DNA of 64,000 nucleotides, from assembly GCA_963796965.1 (NCBI GenBank), contig CAWCNS010000006.1, positions 288,001 to 352,000 of the forward strand. Reading direction: 5' to 3'. Every line of letters starts with the position of its first letter. Positions within the stretch are counted from its first letter, which is position 1. A program made the translations under genes and the position numbers. Origin of the DNA: Calditrichia bacterium. GTDB lineage: Bacteria; Calditrichota; Calditrichia; JAJRVZ01. This document shows positions 54,808 to 64,000 of the stretch, piece after piece. A model generated the notes under the pieces. It had not been told where the DNA came from. It worked only from the letters and a program-made list of their open reading frames with translations, and made no database searches.

Positions 54808-56523
54808 TTATCTCTCAAAATACTTTTGTATTTCTTCTCTCGTATAGGAGTTTAAAACATCTTCCTTCCGGAACCATCCCTTTTGCGCAATTCCAATACC
54901 ATATCGATAATCCTTTAATCCTTCAATAGAGTGAGCGTCAGGATTGAGAGCCGTTTTAATCCCTTTCTTTTGCGCTAATTTTCCCCACCGCCAATCAAGA
55001 TCTAAACGGTAAGGACTTGAGTTGATTTCAATTGCTCTTCCTTCTTCCCCGGCTACTTTTATTATTTCCTCCATATCCAGGGCATACCCCTCTCTGGCTA
55101 GCAACAATCTTCCTGTAGGATGACCAAGCATCGTAACATATGGATTTCTTATTGCACGACAAATACGCCGGGTTTGTGCTTCTACAGACAGTTTAAAATT
55201 ACTATGAACAGAAGCAATCACAAAATCGAAGCTGGCCAGAACATCATCTGTGTAGTCAAGGCTGCCATCTTGTAAAATGTCTACTTCAATACCTTTAAAA
55301 ATAAAAATGTCTGTATCTTTTTCGTTTAGTAAATCAATTTCTCTATGCTGCTTCACAACCCGTTCTTCCGTTAATCCGTTAGCATAAAAAGCCGATTTGC
55401 TATGATCACAAATTCCTACATAGGAAAGTTTCATTTCTTTGCAGGCCTTAACAATCTGATCAATTGAATTCGCACCATCACTAAACGTACTATGAATGTG
55501 AAATAAACCATGTAAAGGATCTCCATTATACAGATCCGGCAACTTTTTTTCCCTTGCGGCTTCAATTTCCCCCAGGTTCTCACGGAGTTCAGGTGGAATA
55601 TACATTAATCCTAAGTTTTCATAAATTTCATTTTCGTTTTGACAGTTTTGTGGTTCATCATCCTTGAACAAACCATATTCATTAAGCTTTAGACCGGCAT
55701 TTTTTGCTAAGCTGCGTAAATGTGTATTATGTTCTTTGCTGCCAGTATTATATTGCAATAAAAATGGAAATTCATCACGCGCTACCAATCGGATTTCAGC
55801 CGTGAGGCCGGACTCTAAAATAATCGCAGATTTTGTATTTCCCTGGCTTACAATTTTAATGGCGTCATCATATTTAACAAAATATTCCATAATGCTACCA
55901 CGGTCCTTCTCATCACAACTGCCTATAATATCTATATCTTTTACCGTTTCCATTTTCCTGCGCAAACTACCGGCAATTTGCAACTCTTGTAATCCCTGAT
56001 TTTCTTTTAAATAAATCAACAATGATTCAGCAGTCGCTTCCGCCAAAGGATACAAGAATCTTTCACTATATTTTTTTTGCATCTTTATATTATCAAGAAT
56101 CTTATCCTGGCTTTTTTGACCAAAGCCAGGTAAATCGCGCAATCGGTTTTCCCGACAGGCGTATTCCAATTCGCCAATAGAAGTAATACCCAGTTCATCA
56201 TAAACTGCTTTCACTTTCTTAGCGCCCATACCAGGAATTTTCAGAATTTTAAGCAAACCTTCCGGGATCGATGATTTTAGCTCCTCATAGTATGGCAGAG
56301 ATCCGTTTCTCACCAATGTGCTGATTTTATCTGAGAGAGCCTGCCCAATGCCCTTTATTTTTGATATTTCGCCGCTTTCTACCAGGGCTTCCAAATCATC
56401 CTCAAGAGTTTCAATGATACGGGCGCCGGATATATAGGCGCGCGATTTAAAAGGATTCTCACCCTTTAACTCAAGAATTACCCCTATTTCCTGCAAAACT
56501 TTAGCTACTTCTTTTTTATTCAT
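54808..56523 (-). CDS. polX: DNA polymerase X with PHP exonuclease domain
   Basis: ENPFKSRAY, AGSLRR.METVKDIDI, TGSKEHN, LNEYG, IPPELREN; PHP motifs HIHSTFSDG, DHS, HPTGR, DAH. Confidence 0.95.
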   Translation of the reverse strand: MNKKEVAKVLQEIGVILELKGENPFKSRAYISGARIIETLEDDLEALVESGEISKIKGIGQALSDKISTLVRNGSLPYYEELKSSIPEGLLKILKIPGMGAKKVKAVYDELGITSIGELEYACRENRLRDLPGFGQKSQDKILDNIKMQKKYSERFLYPLAEATAESLLIYLKENQGLQELQIAGSLRRKMETVKDIDIIGSCDEKDRGSIMEYFVKYDDAIKIVSQGNTKSAIILESGLTAEIRLVARDEFPFLLQYNTGSKEHNTHLRSLAKNAGLKLNEYGLFKDDEPQNCQNENEIYENLGLMYIPPELRENLGEIEAAREKKLPDLYNGDPLHGLFHIHSTFSDGANSIDQIVKACKEMKLSYVGICDHSKSAFYANGLTEERVVKQHREIDLLNEKDTDIFIFKGIEVDILQDGSLDYTDDVLASFDFVIASVHSNFKLSVEAQTRRICRAIRNPYVTMLGHPTGRLLLAREGYALDMEEIIKVAGEEGRAIEINSSPYRLDLDWRWGKLAQKKGIKTALNPDAHSIEGLKDYRYGIGIAQKGWFRKEDVLNSYTREEIQKYFER

Positions 56524-56744
56524 CCGCTTACCTAATTTTGATGGTTAATTATTTTAAAAATGTAATTTATATTATTCTAAATTTCACTTTTTAATCGTAT
56601 ATTTTTAACCTTATTTTAAAAATAATAGTTGACAAATTATAAATATTCTATAAAAGCTTAGAGCCTAAAGATGAAGTTTGGTGGTTAGAGGCTTGAACTT
56701 TACTCTCTGGCTTAGATATTATTACAGTATTGAAAGGAGTCTTT

Positions 56745-58278
56745 ATGGATTTTTTAAAACATTTGGGTATTGAAGAAAAAAATTTTGGATCCTGCACCGG
56801 TTTAAAATGGAATAAAACAACTGATCAGGGCGAACTAAAAATTCATTCTCCAGCTACCGGAGAATATATTGCCTCTGTTTATTTATCTTCCGAGGCTGAT
56901 TATGAAAATATTATTCTCACTGCTGAAAAGGCCTTTGAATATTGGCGACAAGTTCCGGCTCCAAAGACGAGGTGAAATTGTACGGCAGATTGGATTAAAA
57001 TTACGTGAATATAAAGAACCATTAGGTACATTAGTATCATTTGAAATGGGTAAATCTTTGCAGGAGGGATTGGGTGAAGTACAGGAGATGATTGATATTT
57101 GTGATTTTTCGGTTGGCCTCTCCCGGCAATTATATGGATTCACCATGCAATCCGAACGTCCAAATCATCGTATGTATGATCAGTATCATCCGCTGGGAAT
57201 TGTGACCACAATTTCAGCCTTTAATTTTCCAGTCGCCGTTTGGTCCTGGAATGCAATGATTGCAGCCGTTTGTGGTGATGTAAATCTCTGGAAACCAGCC
57301 TCAAAAGTACCCTTAACAGCTGTTGCTGTTCAAAATATATTAAAGGATGTTCTAACAGAAAATGATATTCCTGAAGGTATATTTTCACTCATCGTTGGCT
57401 CCGGTCGTACAATCGGCGAAAAAATGCTAAATGATAAGCGTATTCCACTAATTTCTCTGACTGGCTCTACGGAAGTTGGCCGTCATGCCGGGCAGGTAAT
57501 TGCGAAACGATTGGGAAAATATATTCTTGAACTTGGTGGTAATAATGCTATTATCATGACCCCCAACACCAATTTAAAAATGGCCTTGCCGGCTGTAGTT
57601 TTTGGCGCGGTTGGAACAGCCGGACAACGCTGTACATCAACCCGGCGTTTGATTATTCATGAATCCATTTATGACAAAGTCAAAGAGCTTGTACTAAATG
57701 CATATAAAAGCCTGAAAATCGGCAATCCGCTTGATGCCACAAAATCATATGGGACCATTGATTGATAAATCTGCAGTGGAAACCATGATGGCTGCTCTCG
57801 AGAAACTTAAAGAGGAGGGTGGCAAAATTCTTTATGGCGGTCAAAAACTTGAAGGTAGTGGTTATGCCTCCGGATGCTATGTTACACCGGCTTTGGCAGA
57901 GGCTGAAAATCATTATGAAATCGTTCAGGAAGAAACTTTTGCCCCAATTTTATATTTGATTAAATATAAAGGTGATGTAAAGGATGCGATCAAATTCATA
58001 ATGGGGTCGTTCAGGGATTATCCTCTTCAATATTTACAAGTAATATGCACGAAGCAGAAGAATTTCTTTCTGCCCGCGGCTCGGATTGTGGGATTGCCAA
58101 TGTAAATATCGGTACCTCTGGTGCTGAAATCGGGGGTGCTTTTGGTGGTGAAAAAGAAACCGGTGGTGGTCGTGAATCAGGATCAGATGCATGGAAAGCC
58201 TATATGCGCCGACAAACAAATACTATAAACTTTGGACATGATCTACCATTGGCCCAGGGAATAAAATTCGACATATAG
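56745..58278 (+). CDS. Aldehyde dehydrogenase family 7 (alpha-aminoadipate semialdehyde / piperideine-6-carboxylate dehydrogenase-like), three frameshifts
   Basis: [77 protein letters not shown]. Confidence 0.92.
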
Positions 58279-58290
58279 AGCTCTATAAAA

Positions 58291-58400
58291 TTTTGCCACA
58301 GACTGACACTGACTTTAGTAAAAAGGCTTAATCTGATCCATTATATTTTCAGGAAAGTTATAACAAGTTTACAAAAGCCTGTGAAAGGTTGTGGTTAAAA
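58291..58400. repeat. Repeat family B-like element
   Basis: ttttgccacag ... ttgtggttaaaa. Confidence 0.45.
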
Positions 58401-58498
58401 TTAAATTCACAATTCTCTTCATATGGATTAGAAAGATTTTCAGGGTCGCAAAGACCTTATCCATTTCGAAGAGGAGGGAAAAGAGACAGACTTCAGAC

Positions 58499-60532
58499 AT
58501 GAATCCTTCAAAGCAAAAAGCATCCATCCTTCAACAGTATCGAAATCTCATTCTGATTTTTATCTCCTTGGCTTCATTAATGATTGCCAGTGCCTTATTT
58601 GAGCTTTTCCAGAGCAAAAAAGAATTATTCAAACTTATGGAGGAGCAATCTCACTCACTTCTTGAATCATTGATGATCGCCTCCAAAAACACCTTGATGA
58701 CCAATGAATATCTGGAAGAAATCTCTGAAATGCGCTTGCTTAATAATGGCAACCTTATAAAGAAACTTTACGATATAGGAGAAATAAGCAATCACATTCT
58801 GAAAGATATTAGCAAAGAAAATGATATTTTCAGAATAAATATTTTTAATAGAAATGGTCAAAAAATCTTTTCCAGTCACACACAAACACATTTTGATTTA
58901 CCGCCTAAATACGACCCCCGGGATTATTTATATCCAATTTTTTCCGGAGAGGCGGACACCCTGGTTATAGGAATTAAACCGGCCCGTTTTGAGGATGGAT
59001 ACCGTTATGCTGTGGCACTTTCGACAAAAGACAATGGTGCTATCGTTTTAAATATTGACGCAGAACAAATTCTCCGATTTAAAAATAGCATCGGGTTTGG
59101 CGCTCTTCTTCGAAGTGTCGCTGCTGATAATCAGGGAATTATTTATGCTGCTTTGCAGGATACTTCTAATATTTTGGCTGCCTCTGGTAATGTCCATGTT
59201 CTTGAAGGTATCTCTCAGTCACTCTTCTTAAAATCATCGCTAGACGATTCTCTTTTTCTCACCAGAACAATAGAATTTGATTCCATTGAGGTCTTTGAAG
59301 CAGTCCATCCCTTTTCTTCAGCCCACGAAGTAATCGGATTATTGCGTATTGGAATTTCAATGGAACCAATTCAGGATATTAACAATAGAATTTACAGACG
59401 CTTGATAATTATCACGATAATTCTGATTATCATTGGCTCGATAATGATAACGTTTATATTTACCCGCCAGCGCTATAATTTGCTCCAAAAGCAATATGAA
59501 ATTGTTGAAACCTATTCAGGAAATATAATTGATAATGTAAGCGACGCAATCATAGTTTTTGATCAGGAAGAAGGTATTAAGGTTTTTAATGTTGCGGCTG
59601 AAAATGTTTTCCAGATTCAAAGAGAAAAGGCAATAAAAGCAATTCCTGGTGAAATTTTTGGAGAAACAGATTGTAAAAAGATATTAGACTCGCCGTCCCA
59701 GCTCCAACAGGTTAACTGTCTTATCGCAGGTTCTTTTAAGTATTTGCTTATATCAAAAAGTCAGTTTTTTGACCGGGATGACAATAAAAATGTTATTTGG
59801 GTCATCAAGGACCTTACGGAACAGAAAAAAATTGAAGAACAGATGGAACGCAAACAACGCCTAACTGCTATGGGCGAGTTGGCTTCCGGCGTTGCCCATG
59901 AAATCAGGAATCCCTTAAACTCCATTGGAACAATTATCCAGCAATTAAATAAGGATTTTGAACCTGAAAGTAATAAAGATGAATATCATCAATTGGCTGA
60001 ATTGGTTTCTTCCGAGGTCAAAAGAATAAATGACACGGTACAGGATTTTCTGCGTTTTGCCCGTCCTGAACCCATTCAGCCCAACGAGTTCCAGGTAAAG
60101 AACCTGTTTGATCAATTAGTCAAGCAATATAAATATGTTACATCTGAAAAAATGATTGACTTATTAATAAAATTGGATTGGCAGGGGCTTGTATTTTGGG
60201 ATGAACGCCAGATTAAACAGGTCTTAATAAATATTATTCAGAATGCTATTGAAGCGATTGACAGAGATGGAAAAATTTATCTTACCCTCAAATCGATTCA
60301 TGGGGAAATGCTTGAAATACGTATATCAGATGATGGACCAGGCATGCCTGATGATATTCGTTCCAATATATTCAACTTATATTTTACCACTAAAGCCAGG
60401 GGAACAGGTATAGGGCTGAGCATCGTACAAAGGATCATTTATGAGCATGGTGGTGTTATTGCTGTAGAGAGCAACGTTGGCCAGGGAACCTCATTTATCA
60501 TTCAAATTCCGACTAGATATCATAAAGCTTAA
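58499..60532 (+). CDS. Membrane sensor histidine kinase with PAS domain (ZraS/AtoS/NtrB-like)
   Basis: Two TM helices around a periplasmic domain; GELASGVAHEIRNPL, NIIQNAIEA, DDGPG, FTTKARGTGIGL. Confidence 0.93.
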   Translation: MNPSKQKASILQQYRNLILIFISLASLMIASALFELFQSKKELFKLMEEQSHSLLESLMIASKNTLMTNEYLEEISEMRLLNNGNLIKKLYDIGEISNHILKDISKENDIFRINIFNRNGQKIFSSHTQTHFDLPPKYDPRDYLYPIFSGEADTLVIGIKPARFEDGYRYAVALSTKDNGAIVLNIDAEQILRFKNSIGFGALLRSVAADNQGIIYAALQDTSNILAASGNVHVLEGISQSLFLKSSLDDSLFLTRTIEFDSIEVFEAVHPFSSAHEVIGLLRIGISMEPIQDINNRIYRRLIIITIILIIIGSIMITFIFTRQRYNLLQKQYEIVETYSGNIIDNVSDAIIVFDQEEGIKVFNVAAENVFQIQREKAIKAIPGEIFGETDCKKILDSPSQLQQVNCLIAGSFKYLLISKSQFFDRDDNKNVIWVIKDLTEQKKIEEQMERKQRLTAMGELASGVAHEIRNPLNSIGTIIQQLNKDFEPESNKDEYHQLAELVSSEVKRINDTVQDFLRFARPEPIQPNEFQVKNLFDQLVKQYKYVTSEKMIDLLIKLDWQGLVFWDERQIKQVLINIIQNAIEAIDRDGKIYLTLKSIHGEMLEIRISDDGPGMPDDIRSNIFNLYFTTKARGTGIGLSIVQRIIYEHGGVIAVESNVGQGTSFIIQIPTRYHKA

Positions 60533-60659
60533 AATATATGCAGGAAAGATTTTACTAGATTTAAATAAAATTATATCGCCCCATGGGTAGAGATTTTCGT
60601 CCTTTTCGTCGTATCCTCTATATTAGCCCCTCAAAGTTGACTTCTTTTATCTTCTTCAT

Positions 60660-60705
60660 AATCAATGTGTTACGATGTATTAAAATTTTTGGCACGAGGT
60701 TTGAT
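60660..60705 (+). promoter_or_regulatory. IHF site plus sigma54 (-24/-12) promoter
   Basis: AATCAATGTGTTA matches WATCAANNNNTTR at 60660-60672; TGGCACGAGGTTTGAT at 60690-60705. Confidence 0.75.
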
Positions 60706-60752
60706 GTATTCCTTCATGAATTTATAACTAACACCAATCGAAGGAGGACAAC

Positions 60753-61394
60753 ATGAAACATCTTATTTCTTTTGTAGTAATTTTCGTTTTTTTACTAAGC
60801 ACTGTCGTTGTTTTTGCACAAGACTCCAATGAAGATCAGGAGAAAGTACAAAATCAGTATAAGTATCAGACAAAGACTAAAGAACAGAGCAAAGAGAAAA
60901 ATGAAGGCGAAGACAAAGAGCAGAACAAGGTTATGGTTCAGACAAAAACCCAGACCAAAACAAAATCACAATCTAAAGTGCAGCATGGTACAGGATTTGT
61001 AGATGAGAATGGGGACGGTTATAATGACAATGCACCTGATCACGATGGCGACGGTATTCCTAATGGAGCAGATCCTGATTATGACGGCCCCAAGGAGCGC
61101 AAAGGTAACGCACGTGGATTTGTAGATGCTGATGGTGATGGCTTGAATGACAATGCCCGCGATGCTGATGGCGATGGTATTCCAAATGGCCAGGACGAAG
61201 ATTTTGTGCCACCAAAAGATGGTACAGGCGCCGGACATGGCTATATGTATAAGAATGGAGAGGTTAAGGGCAAGAATATGCATAAGCAAGGCAAAGGTTC
61301 CGGAACTGGTCCCTGTGATGGTGAAGGATTGGGCACTGGTGAAGGTGGTGAGATGGGTCAGAAGGGCCAGAAAAATGGCGGTGGAAAAAAATAG
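60753..61394 (+). CDS. Secreted low-complexity protein with tandem Dx(D/N)GDG calcium-binding-type repeats
   Basis: AGGAGG RBS; signal peptide; Q/K/E/T-rich stretch; FVDENGDGYNDNAPDHDGDGIPNG and FVDADGDGLNDNARDADGDGIPNG; Gly-rich tail with GPCDG. Confidence 0.85.
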   Translation: MKHLISFVVIFVFLLSTVVVFAQDSNEDQEKVQNQYKYQTKTKEQSKEKNEGEDKEQNKVMVQTKTQTKTKSQSKVQHGTGFVDENGDGYNDNAPDHDGDGIPNGADPDYDGPKERKGNARGFVDADGDGLNDNARDADGDGIPNGQDEDFVPPKDGTGAGHGYMYKNGEVKGKNMHKQGKGSGTGPCDGEGLGTGEGGEMGQKGQKNGGGKK

Positions 61395-61425
61395 ATCCCC
61401 CTCATCACAACTTAAAAATTTTCTT

Positions 61426-61454
61426 AAAAGCCGGGTCACTGACCCGGCTTTTTT
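61426..61454 (+). terminator. Intrinsic terminator
   Basis: AAAAGCCGGGTC-ACT-GACCCGGCTTTTTT. Confidence 0.9.
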
Positions 61455-61608
61455 GATTGCTCTTCAAAATGAATTTACCTATGAATCTGCCATCATAAGT
61501 CTTTACTACAAAAAAATACCAATCCCATTTTTTAAGCCTAAGATCAAAGACTACACAATAACTATCAAAATTGTTTTGATTTCTTGAAAATATTATATAG
61601 ATTTTCAC

Positions 61609-61640
61609 CGAGGCGGGCGACCGATCGGTCGCCCGCCTCG
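61609..61640. repeat. Perfect 32-bp GC-rich palindrome
   Basis: CGAGGCGGGCGACCGA|TCGGTCGCCCGCCTCG. Confidence 0.85.
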
Positions 61641-61727
61641 TCCGTCGGGTCGAATTCGGGGTTTTGGGGGTGTTTTGTTTTTTTTCTATCCGTATATTTT
61701 ACAGTAGTTTACAGTTTTAATTTACTT

Positions 61728-61743
61728 TGGCATTGTTTTTGTA
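61728..61743 (+). promoter_or_regulatory. Possible second sigma54 promoter
   Basis: TGGCATTGTTTTTGTA (GG-N10-GT). Confidence 0.45.
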
Positions 61744-61754
61744 ATATATAAATT

Positions 61755-62942
61755 ATGTTGAATATGAAAATAAATATGATGCGATATAAAGTCGTTTTAC
61801 TTTTTGTGTTGTTAAACACACAAGTTGTTTTTCCGCAATTTTCAAAGAACATTGAGATTTCTTCTTACTTCGACGATAATCTTTACCGATCGCCTTATCC
61901 GATATCAGATCTGTTTACCAATCTCAATTTGGATTTGAATTTTCGTCCTGTCAATTCCCAATTAAATTTTTCTTACAACGGAAGTTTTTTTCTTTACCAG
62001 GAAGCAAAGGAGCGTAATTTTTCTATTCATGAAGTCGGTATATCTTTTTCGAACTTTTTTGGTTCTGAGGAGGAACATACTTATTACTTTGGTTTGGATG
62101 GTTCATTGCGTCATGATAATGAAGCATACAATTATTACGATTATCGCCAAACATACATCTACGCTAATGTAAGATTTGACTTGAACTATTTGTTCTTAAA
62201 AGCAGGTTACAATTTTCGTTATCGCGACTATGTCAATCTTTCTTATTTAACAAACCAGAGACATTATGGTTATATTCAAATGAACAAGCCCTTTGAAACC
62301 GGCACGACAATAATTCTGGAATCTGATTTAGGACAGAAGTCCTTTGCCGGACAGGAACTATATACAATAACAGAATCCGGAGAGCAGGGGCAGGGACAAG
62401 GGGGTATGAATAATTTATCAAACACAACATCAATTACTTCCTATATACCGAGTCTAAGTCATATAATTTTGCTTGCCAGGCTTGCGCAATCATTGCATGA
62501 TAATTTGGGCATCTATCTACAAATTAGAAAGCAGATTAACCTGGGGGATCAAGTCGGTCTTAGCAATTCTGAAGGATATTACCAGGACGAAGAATTATAT
62601 GATGATCCCTTTAGTTATGAAAGCACAGGATTCTCTTCTCAACTCACCTGGATGTTACCATGGGCAATGCGTTTACAACTTGGCGGGACATTAATTTCCA
62701 AAGACTATATTAGTGAGCAGGCTTACACATCCTCCGAAGATTCCTTAGGTTTGGGTGGATTGCGTGTTGATGATCAAAATTACTATTTTTTAAATTTTAG
62801 CAAAAGTTTTTATCTGAATAAGAGCTGGCTAAATATTCTTAAGATAAACGTGTATTATAATTATATTGAAAACAACTCGAACAGTTTTTGGTACAACTAT
62901 AAAAATCAGGTGTGGGGCGGAGGTATTCAGTGGAGCTTTTAG
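61755..62942 (+). CDS. Putative outer-membrane beta-barrel protein; true start may be 61764-61779
   Basis: Signal peptide; YFDDNLYR start motif; Tyr/Asn/Phe-rich amphipathic strands; ends WGGGIQWSF. Confidence 0.8.
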   Translation: MLNMKINMMRYKVVLLFVLLNTQVVFPQFSKNIEISSYFDDNLYRSPYPISDLFTNLNLDLNFRPVNSQLNFSYNGSFFLYQEAKERNFSIHEVGISFSNFFGSEEEHTYYFGLDGSLRHDNEAYNYYDYRQTYIYANVRFDLNYLFLKAGYNFRYRDYVNLSYLTNQRHYGYIQMNKPFETGTTIILESDLGQKSFAGQELYTITESGEQGQGQGGMNNLSNTTSITSYIPSLSHIILLARLAQSLHDNLGIYLQIRKQINLGDQVGLSNSEGYYQDEELYDDPFSYESTGFSSQLTWMLPWAMRLQLGGTLISKDYISEQAYTSSEDSLGLGGLRVDDQNYYFLNFSKSFYLNKSWLNILKINVYYNYIENNSNSFWYNYKNQVWGGGIQWSF

Positions 62943-62997
62943 CTATTTACTCTCCAGCTGATTTCAAGACACCCTTTAAAGCATAGAGGAATCTTAT

Positions 62998-64000
62998 ATG
63001 AAAGATTTTTCAATTCTGGTAATCGATGACGAACCGGCACAAATCATATCAATTAAATCTTACTTGTCCCGGCGAGACTACAATGTGCTGACCGCAAGTT
63101 CAGGTGAAGAGGGGCTTTCTTTTCTTAATAATGGATATATAGACCTTGTTTTAACAGATTATCGTATGCCTGGAATTAGTGGATTAGAGGTCGTGCGCAA
63201 AGTAAAGCATTTTAATCCCGAACTTCCCGTTGTAGTCATCACCGCCTTTAGTGATACAGAGGATGCCGTCAGAGTAATGAAAGAGGGCGCATTCGATTAT
63301 CTGTCCAAGCCGATTGATCTGGATGAATTAGACATCATTGTGAAAAAAGTTGTTGATCACAAAAATTTAATCTCTGAGAACAAACTTCTCAAAGAACAAT
63401 TAAAAACGAGGTATAAATTTGATTCCATTATTTCTCAAAGCGGAGAGTTAGAAGAAGTTCTTAATACAGCTGCCCGGGTAGCTAATAGCAAGGCACCTGT
63501 TCTAATTCGAGGTGAAAGTGGTACGGGCAAAGAACTTATCGCCAAAGCAATACATTTTACCAGCACCAGGAAAGAAAAACCACTTGTTACCGTTAATTGT
63601 GCTGCCCTTCCTGACAACTTGCTTGAGAGTGAACTTTTTGGGCATGAAAAGGGCGCATTTACAGGGGCTATTGGACAAAGAATCGGGCGCTTCGAAAGGG
63701 CTGATGGTGGAACCCTGTTTATAGATGAAATCGGCGATCTTCCTCCACAAACGCAGGTTAAATTGCTAAGAGCCCTGCAGTTTGGTGAATTTGAACGTGT
63801 TGGTGGATCTGAAACAATAAAGACGAATGTGCGTGTCTTAACAGCAACAAATCAAAATCTGGAGGAGTTGATCAAGGGCAAACTCTTTCGGGAAGATTTA
63901 TTTTATAGAATCAATGTGGTAACGATTAATGTGCCGCCCCTACGGGAGAGAAAGACCGACATTCCTGTTTTAGTCAGGTTCTTCATGGATAAATATTCCC
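62998..64000 (+). CDS. Sigma54-dependent response regulator (ZraR/AtoC/NtrC family), 3' end runs off the window
   Basis: Manual translation MKDFSILVIDDE...LTDYRMPG...KP...GESGTGKE...ESELFGHEKGAFTGA...LFIDEIGD. Confidence 0.95.
   Translation, partial: MKDFSILVIDDEPAQIISIKSYLSRRDYNVLTASSGEEGLSFLNNGYIDLVLTDYRMPGISGLEVVRKVKHFNPELPVVVITAFSDTEDAVRVMKEGAFDYLSKPIDLDELDIIVKKVVDHKNLISENKLLKEQLKTRYKFDSIISQSGELEEVLNTAARVANSKAPVLIRGESGTGKELIAKAIHFTSTRKEKPLVTVNCAALPDNLLESELFGHEKGAFTGAIGQRIGRFERADGGTLFIDEIGDLPPQTQVKLLRALQFGEFERVGGSETIKTNVRVLTATNQNLEELIKGKLFREDLFYRINVVTINVPPLRERKTDIPVLVRFFMDKYS

Noticed and set aside
56655..56715. Lysine riboswitch or structured RNA before the ALDH7 gene
   Set aside because: The leader is too short for an L-box and only weak G-U-rich pairing is visible.
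882..58278. Widespread pseudogenisation or programmed frameshifting
   Set aside because: Breaks hit core genes (citrate synthase, IscS), are small indels at homopolymers or AGCT/GATC, and I saw no nonsense substitutions or decay; sequencing error is the simpler explanation.
58441..58460. c-di-GMP-I riboswitch (GGGTCGCAAAG resembles GGGACGCAAAG)
   Set aside because: The upstream GGCAAA/GNRA stem and the downstream receptor stem are absent.
208..63750. Numerous short ORF-track entries (e.g. 208..522, 7349..7933, 9235..9849, 60966..61439, 63502..63750)
   Set aside because: They overlap well-supported genes on the opposite strand or in another frame and show no motifs of their own.

Overview
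A 64-kb AT-rich bacterial chromosomal segment (roughly mid-30s % GC by eye) with strong GGAGG Shine-Dalgarno sites. Gene content suggests a diderm of the FCB group, Calditrichota/KSB1-like (inference). I saw no rRNA, tRNA, CRISPR array, transposase, integrase or prophage. About 45 genes are present, mostly housekeeping and envelope functions: a divergent YchF, several Na+ symporters, IscS, an ABC exporter, a eukaryotic-type citrate synthase, pta, coaD, rsmD, nth, a TonB-dependent receptor, Tex, AmrA/AmrB, an M23 peptidase, an ADP-forming acyl-CoA ligase, a TIGR01212 radical SAM, PlsX, a TetR-TolC-MFP-RND efflux operon, PolX, an ALDH7-type dehydrogenase and a sigma54 two-component module. Many genes are split by small indels, almost certainly long-read assembly errors. 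About 12 of these fall at an AGCT site once repaired, which points to host DNA methylation. The best candidate for an undescribed system is a three-gene type IV filament-like module upstream of rsmD-coaD-pta (11.3-15.1 kb). It encodes a giant pilin-like protein (G-1 and P22 kept, Lys at +5), a PilM homolog lacking its ATP-binding motifs, and a PilN-PilO fusion with a long acidic insert. A second candidate is a ZraSR-like sigma54 module enclosing a secreted DxDGDG-repeat protein and an outer-membrane beta-barrel. All family assignments come from reading motifs by eye; no searches were run.
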